Source: a virus
Lineage: Duplodnaviria; Heunggongvirae; Uroviricota; Caudoviricetes
Reading direction: 5' to 3' (one strand)
IMG/VR virus record: IMGVR_UViG_2531839665_000024
Length of the DNA stretch: 48,253 bases
The notes under the pieces are model-generated. The model saw only the letters and a list, made by a program, of their open reading frames with translations. It was not told the DNA's origin and ran no database searches. The position numbers and the translations under genes are program-made. This document shows positions 42,928 through 48,253 of this stretch, in pieces (within the stretch, counting starts at the first letter, position 1; every line of letters starts with the position of its first letter).

Positions 42928-43527
42928 ATGCGTAAAGTTTGTGCAGCAATTTTGTCCGCAGCCATTTGTCTGGCCGTATCCGGTGCGCCTGCATGGGCGT
43001 CTGAACATCAGTCCACGCTGAGCGCGGGGTATCTTCATGCCTCGACGAACGTCCCCGGCAGCGATGATCTGAACGGGATTAACGTGAAATACCGTTATGA
43101 GTTTACGGACACACTGGGGCTGGTGACGTCATTCAGCTATGCAGGAGACAAGAATCGCCAGCTGACCCGTTACAGCGATACCCGCTGGCATGAAGATTCC
43201 GTTCGTAACCGCTGGTTCAGCGTAATGGCGGGGCCGTCTGTGCGCGTGAATGAATGGTTCAGCGCGTATGCGATGGCGGGTGTAGCTTACAGCCGTGTGT
43301 CGACTTTCTCCGGGGATTATCTTCGCGTAACTGACAACAAGGGGAAAAAGCACGATGTGCTGACCGGAAGTGATGACGGTCGCCACAGCAACACGTCTCT
43401 GGCGTGGGGGGCTGGCGTGCAGTTTAACCCGACCGAATCCGTGGCCATTGATATTGCTTATGAAGGCTCCGGCAGTGGTGACTGGCGCACTGACGGTTTC
43501 ATCGTGGGTGTCGGTTATAAATTCTGA
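42928..43527 (+). CDS. lom: Lom outer membrane protein (Ail/Lom family)
   Basis: 199-aa ORF with signal peptide and C-terminal GYKF beta-barrel signature; matches lambda Lom. Confidence 0.9.
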   Translation: MRKVCAAILSAAICLAVSGAPAWASEHQSTLSAGYLHASTNVPGSDDLNGINVKYRYEFTDTLGLVTSFSYAGDKNRQLTRYSDTRWHEDSVRNRWFSVMAGPSVRVNEWFSAYAMAGVAYSRVSTFSGDYLRVTDNKGKKHDVLTGSDDGRHSNTSLAWGAGVQFNPTESVAIDIAYEGSGSGDWRTDGFIVGVGYKF

Positions 43528-43554
43528 TTAGCCAGGTAACACAGTGTTATGACA

Positions 43555-43582
43555 GCCCGCCGGTTCAGGCGGGCTTTTTTGT
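43555..43582 (+). terminator. Rho-independent terminator downstream of lom
   Basis: Hairpin GCCCGCC-GGTTCA-GGCGGGC followed by TTTTTT. Confidence 0.65.
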
Positions 43583-43591
43583 GGGGTGAAT

Positions 43592-46500
43592 ATGGCAGTA
43601 AAGATTTCAGGTGTACTGAAAGACGGCACAGGAAAACCGGTACAGAACTGCACAATCCAGCTGAAAGCAAAACGTAACAGCACCACGGTGGTGGTGAACA
43701 CGCTGGCCTCAGAAAATCCGGATGAAGCCGGGCGTTACAGCATGGACGTTGAGTACGGGCAGTACAGCGTTATTCTGTTGGTGGAGGGATTCCCGCCGTC
43801 ACATGCCGGGACCATCACCGTGTATGAAGATTCCCGACCCGGTACGCTGAATGATTTTCTCGGTGCCATGACGGAGGATGATGCCCGTCCTGAGGCACTG
43901 CGCCGTTTTGAACTGATGGTGGAAGAGGTGGCGCGTAACGCGTCCGCGGTGGCACAGAACACGGCAGCCGCGAAGAAGTCAGCCAGCGATGCCAGCACAT
44001 CAGCCCGTGAGGCGGCAACCCATGCGACTGATGCTGCAGGCTCAGCACGCGCAGCCAGCACGTCAGCCGGACAGGCCGCGTCGTCGGCTCAGTCAGCATC
44101 TTCCAGCGCAGGAACGGCATCAACAAAGGCCAGTGAAGCATCGAAAAGTGCTGCTGCTGCAGAGTCCTCAAAAAGCGCGGCAGCTACCAGTGCCGGTGCG
44201 GCGAAAACGTCAGAAACGAATGCGGCAGCGTCACAACAATCAGCAGCCACTTCTGCATCCGCCGCGACCACGAAGGCGTCAGAAGCAGCCACCTCAGCCA
44301 GGGATGCGTCGGCTTCAAAAGAGGCAGCGAAATCATCAGAAACGAACGCATCATCAAGCGCCAGTAGTGCCGCTTCCTCGGCAACGGCGGCAGGCAATTC
44401 CGCGAAGGCGGCAAAGACGTCTGAGACAAACGCCAGGTCTTCTGAAACGGCAGCGGGACAGAGCGCCTCGGCTGCGGCAGGCTCAAAAACAGCGGCTGCG
44501 TCGTCTGCCAGTGCCGCGTCAACAAGTGCCGGGCAGGCCTCAGCCAGTGCCACCGCCGCCGGAAAATCGGCAGAAAGCGCCGCATCGTCTGCTTCAACAG
44601 CCACAACGAAGGCTGGCGAAGCCACTGAACAGGCCAGCGCAGCAGCAAGGTCTGCTTCCGCAGCGAAGACATCCGAGACGAACGCGAAAGCGTCGGAAAC
44701 CAGCGCAGAATCCTCAAAAACGGCTGCCGCATCGTCCGCCAGTTCGGCGGCGTCATCGGCATCATCGGCGTCTGCTTCAAAAGATGAGGCGACCAGACAA
44801 GCGTCCGCAGCGAAGGGCAGCGCCACGACGGCATCCACGAAGGCGACAGAGGCAGCTGGCAGTGCGACGGCGGCAGCACAGAGCAAAAGTACGGCGGAAT
44901 CCGCGGCAACGCGCGCCGAGACAGCGGCAAAACGGGCAGAGGATATTGCATCCGCCGTGGCGCTTGAGGATGCAAGTACGACGAAAAAGGGGATAGTACA
45001 GCTCAGCAGTGCGACCAACAGTACGTCTGAAACGCTGGCGGCAACGCCAAAGGCAGTAAAATCAGCCTATGACAATGCAGAGAAACGTCTGCAGAAAGAC
45101 CAGAACGGCGCTGATATACCCGATAAGGGACGCTTCCTGAACAACATTAACGCGGTCAGTAAAACAGACTTTGCTGATAAGCGTGGTATGCGTTATGTGC
45201 GGGTTAACGCTCCTGCAGGTGCAACATCTGGAAAATATTACCCTGTTGTTGTTATGCGTTCTGCTGGCTCAGTAAGCGAACTGGCATCAAGGGTCATTAT
45301 CACCACGGCAACGCGAACCGCAGGCGATCCGATGAATAACTGCGAGTTTAACGGATTTGTTATGCCTGGTGGCTGGACTGACAGGGGGCGTTATGCTTAT
45401 GGAATGTTCTGGCAATATCAAAACAATGAACGAGCCATCCACTCAATAATGATGAGTAATAAGGGCGATGATTTGCGCTCTGTGTTCTATGTTGATGGCG
45501 CTGCTTTCCCTGTTTTTGCGTTTATCGAAGATGGCCTGTCAATATCCGCACCTGGTGCTGATCTCGTTGTTAATGATACGACCTATAAGTTTGGGGCAAC
45601 AAATCCGGCGACTGAATGTATCGCGGCGGACGTTATCCTTGATTTTAAGAGTGGGCGTGGTTTTTATGAGTCTCATTCGTTAATCGTTAACGATAACTTG
45701 TCGTGCAAAAAACTTTTTGCCACAGACGAAATTGTAGCGCGTGGTGGTAATCAGATTCGAATGATAGGTGGGGAGTATGGGGCATTATGGCGTAATGATG
45801 GCGCTAAAACTTACCTGCTGCTTACCAATCAAGGTGATGTTTATGGTGGCTGGAATACATTAAGACCGTTTGCTATTGATAACGCAACCGGCGAACTGGT
45901 TATTGGAACCAAACTGTCCGCAAGTCTGAACGGTAATGCATTAACAGCAACAAAGCTGCAAACGCCAAGACGGGTTTCTGGTGTTGAGTTTGATGGTTCC
46001 AAAGATATTACTTTAACCGCCGCGCATGTGGCTGCTTTTGCCAGAAGGGCAACGGATACATATGCCGATGCGGATGGTGGCGTTCCCTGGAATGCCGAAT
46101 CAGGCGCTTATAATGTCACCCGCTCTGGCGACAGCTATATTCTGGTTAACTTCTATACCGGAGTCGGAAGTTGCCGGACCTTGCAGATGAAGGCGCATTA
46201 CAGAAATGGTGGTCTGTTCTACCGTTCTTCAAGAGACGGTTATGGTTTTGAGGATGACTGGGCAGAAGTTTATACCTCGAAAAATCTTCCACCAGAAAGC
46301 TACCCAGTCGGCGCACCAATCCCGTGGCCATCAGATACCGTTCCGTCTGGTTATGCCCTGATGCAGGGGCAGACTTTTGACAAATCTGCTTACCCGAAAC
46401 TTGCAGCCGCTTATCCGTCAGGCGTGATCCCTGATATGCGTGGCTGGACGATTAAGGGCAAACCTGCCAGTGGTCGGGCCGTATTGTCTCAGGAACAGGA

Positions 46501-46990
46501 CGGCATTAAATCGCATACCCACAGCGCCAGCGCATCCAGTACAGATTTGGGGACGAAAACCACATCGTCGTTTGATTACGGCACTAAATCCACGAATAAC
46601 ACTGGTGCGCATACCCATAGTTTAAGTGGCAGCACGAATGCAGCTGGTAATCACAGCCATAGAGATGGCCGTCGATTTAACCCCAGTGTTTTTAAAGATA
46701 CTTATCAATATGGTTATACAAGCTCAGGTCAAAATACCTGGGGTGTACAAGGCTCAGTAGGTATGTCTACGGGGTGGTTAGCGAATACCAGTACAGATGG
46801 TAATCATAGCCATTCACTGTCCGGCACAGCAGCATCTGCAGGTGCACACGCGCATACTGTCGGTATTGGTGCTCATACGCACTCCGTTGCGATTGGTTCA
46901 CATGGACACACCATCACCGTTAACGCTGCTGGTAACGCGGAAAACACCGTCAAAAACATCGCATTTAACTATATTGTGAGGCTTGCATAA
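43592..46990 (+). CDS. stf: Side tail fibre protein (Rac StfR-like) with long Ala/Ser/Thr-rich repeat region and C-terminal HxH motifs
   Basis: 1132-aa ORF from ATG ([27 protein letters not shown]...); low-complexity repeats; C-terminal SHTHS, AHTHS, NHSHS, AHAHT, SHGHT motifs. Confidence 0.9.
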   Translation: MAVKISGVLKDGTGKPVQNCTIQLKAKRNSTTVVVNTLASENPDEAGRYSMDVEYGQYSVILLVEGFPPSHAGTITVYEDSRPGTLNDFLGAMTEDDARPEALRRFELMVEEVARNASAVAQNTAAAKKSASDASTSAREAATHATDAAGSARAASTSAGQAASSAQSASSSAGTASTKASEASKSAAAAESSKSAAATSAGAAKTSETNAAASQQSAATSASAATTKASEAATSARDASASKEAAKSSETNASSSASSAASSATAAGNSAKAAKTSETNARSSETAAGQSASAAAGSKTAAASSASAASTSAGQASASATAAGKSAESAASSASTATTKAGEATEQASAAARSASAAKTSETNAKASETSAESSKTAAASSASSAASSASSASASKDEATRQASAAKGSATTASTKATEAAGSATAAAQSKSTAESAATRAETAAKRAEDIASAVALEDASTTKKGIVQLSSATNSTSETLAATPKAVKSAYDNAEKRLQKDQNGADIPDKGRFLNNINAVSKTDFADKRGMRYVRVNAPAGATSGKYYPVVVMRSAGSVSELASRVIITTATRTAGDPMNNCEFNGFVMPGGWTDRGRYAYGMFWQYQNNERAIHSIMMSNKGDDLRSVFYVDGAAFPVFAFIEDGLSISAPGADLVVNDTTYKFGATNPATECIAADVILDFKSGRGFYESHSLIVNDNLSCKKLFATDEIVARGGNQIRMIGGEYGALWRNDGAKTYLLLTNQGDVYGGWNTLRPFAIDNATGELVIGTKLSASLNGNALTATKLQTPRRVSGVEFDGSKDITLTAAHVAAFARRATDTYADADGGVPWNAESGAYNVTRSGDSYILVNFYTGVGSCRTLQMKAHYRNGGLFYRSSRDGYGFEDDWAEVYTSKNLPPESYPVGAPIPWPSDTVPSGYALMQGQTFDKSAYPKLAAAYPSGVIPDMRGWTIKGKPASGRAVLSQEQDGIKSHTHSASASSTDLGTKTTSSFDYGTKSTNNTGAHTHSLSGSTNAAGNHSHRDGRRFNPSVFKDTYQYGYTSSGQNTWGVQGSVGMSTGWLANTSTDGNHSHSLSGTAASAGAHAHTVGIGAHTHSVAIGSHGHTITVNAAGNAENTVKNIAFNYIVRLA

Positions 46991-47565
46991 TGGCATTCAG
47001 AATGAGTGAACAACCACGGACCATAAAAATTTATAATCTGCTGGCCGGAACTAATGAATTTATTGGTGAAGGTGACGCATATATTCCGCCTCATACAGGT
47101 CTGCCAGCAAACAGTACCGATATTGCACCACCAGATATTCCTGCTGGCTTTGTGGCTGTTTTCAACAGTGATGAGGCATCGTGGCATCTCGTTGAAGATC
47201 ATCGGGGTAAAACGGTTTATGACGTGGCTTCCGGCGACGCGTTATTTATTTCTGAACTCGGTCCGTTACCGAAAAATGTTACCTGGTTATCGCCGGAAGG
47301 GGAGTTTCAGAAGTGGAACGGCACAGCCTGGGTGAAGGATACGGAAGCAGAAAAACTGTTCCGGATCCGGGAGGCGGAAGAAACAAAAAACAACCTGATG
47401 CAGGTAGCCAGTGAGCATATTGCGCCGCTTCAGGATGCTGCAGATCTGGAAATTGCAACGGAGGAAGAAATCTCGTTGCTGGAAGCATGGAAAAAGTATC
47501 GGGTATTGCTGAACCGTGTTGATACGTCAACTGCACAGGATATTGAATGGCCAGCACTGCCGTAG
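46990..47565 (+). CDS. tfa: Tail fibre assembly protein
   Basis: 191-aa ORF immediately after stf (TAATG overlap); matches Tfa family. Confidence 0.9.
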   Translation: MAFRMSEQPRTIKIYNLLAGTNEFIGEGDAYIPPHTGLPANSTDIAPPDIPAGFVAVFNSDEASWHLVEDHRGKTVYDVASGDALFISELGPLPKNVTWLSPEGEFQKWNGTAWVKDTEAEKLFRIREAEETKNNLMQVASEHIAPLQDAADLEIATEEEISLLEAWKKYRVLLNRVDTSTAQDIEWPALP

Positions 47566-47662
47566 GGTAAAACATATAAATTCTATAATTAGATGTATCT
47601 TTCCATTTACGGCAAGGAAGGGGGCTTGGAAGACGTAAAGCATCTCACACCGAGATTATTTT

Positions 47663-48253
47663 TTATATGTCAGGTGTCTGAAGTTTTGCTTTGGCTCTTA
47701 AAATGGTTTGCCGCGAGGTTTTGAATTCCCGGGCAATGGCACTTATACTTACACCTGACTTAATTCGTTCGAATACCGCCTGTTTCTGTTCTTCATTTAA
47801 CACAGGTGGTCGACCAAAACGTTTCCCTGCGCCGCGGGCTCTTACTATCCCGGAATGAGTGCGTTCAAGTAAAAGGTCTCGTTCAAATTCAGCGACTGCT
47901 GAAATTACTTGCATCATCATTTTTCCTGTTGGACTGGTCAGGTCAATGCCCCCCAATGCTAAGCAATGCACTCTGATACCTGTTTCGGTCAGTTGTTCCA
48001 CTGTTTTCCTGATATCCATTGCATTACAACCAAGGCGATCCAGTTTTGTCACAATCAATTGATCACCACATTTCAGGCGAGCAAGCAACCGGTTAAAACC
48101 AGGACGCTCACTGGTTGCTGCTGAGCCGCTAATGTGTTCTTCGATTATTTGCTGAGGTTTGATTTTAAAACCTGCACTTTCGATTTCCCAGCGTTGATTT
48201 TCGGTGGTCTGATCCAGCGTTGATATCCGACAGTAAGCAAAAATTTGAGACAT
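47663..48253 (-). CDS. pin: Pin/Gin/Hin-family serine DNA invertase; start codon is the last 3 nt of the window
   Basis: 196-aa ORF with resolvase catalytic N-terminus (CRISTLDQ, catalytic Ser) and C-terminal HTH; matches PinR/PinQ from memory. Confidence 0.9.
   Translation of the reverse strand: MSQIFAYCRISTLDQTTENQRWEIESAGFKIKPQQIIEEHISGSAATSERPGFNRLLARLKCGDQLIVTKLDRLGCNAMDIRKTVEQLTETGIRVHCLALGGIDLTSPTGKMMMQVISAVAEFERDLLLERTHSGIVRARGAGKRFGRPPVLNEEQKQAVFERIKSGVSISAIAREFKTSRQTILRAKAKLQTPDI

Noticed and set aside
43735-45018. Long ORFs in alternative frames and strands over the stf repeat region (335-aa Arg/Pro/Gln-rich plus strand; 309-aa and 263-aa minus strand)
   Set aside because: Produced by the repetitive GCN-rich codon pattern of the Ala/Ser-rich Stf segment; extreme compositional bias and complete overlap with stf.
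47690-47720. Possible invertase crossover site (TTAAAATGG...GGTTTTGAA) near the pin 3' end
   Set aside because: The two half-sites are separated by about 10 bp rather than the usual 2-bp core spacing, lie inside the pin coding sequence and have no partner site; likely coincidental.

Overview
This window is a near-complete lambdoid prophage, read from its integrase (window start) to a Pin-type invertase (window end). Gene order on the + axis: int/xis and an early-left operon with lambda-type exo-bet-gam (minus strand); an immunity region (cI-like S24 repressor, cro-like, YdaT/CII-position gene); lambda-type O (with ori iterons), P and ren; a low-GC cargo island (emrE, ybcK serine recombinase, ybcL, ybcM); nin-type genes (ybcN, ninE, ybcO, rusA, ylcG); a 3.4-kb composite IS66-family insertion flanked by 8-bp target duplications; quuD (Q antiterminator); an intact nmpC-type porin gene; a phage-21-type lysis cassette (pinholin, SAR endolysin, Rz/Rz1); bor; a lambda-type cos site; and a full lambda-like head and tail module (Nu1 through J), then lom, a long Rac-like side tail fibre gene, tfa and pin. 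The most interesting locus is an AT-rich two-gene cassette (5160-6615, minus strand) between the putative OL operator and cI, exactly where lambda carries rexA-rexB: a 341-aa soluble protein plus a 149-aa four-helix membrane protein, closed by its own terminator. I do not recognise either protein, and I propose this as a candidate undescribed prophage-encoded phage-exclusion (abortive infection) system. All homology statements rest on reading the translations against remembered protein families; no database search or alignment was run, and derived coordinates may be off by a few bases.
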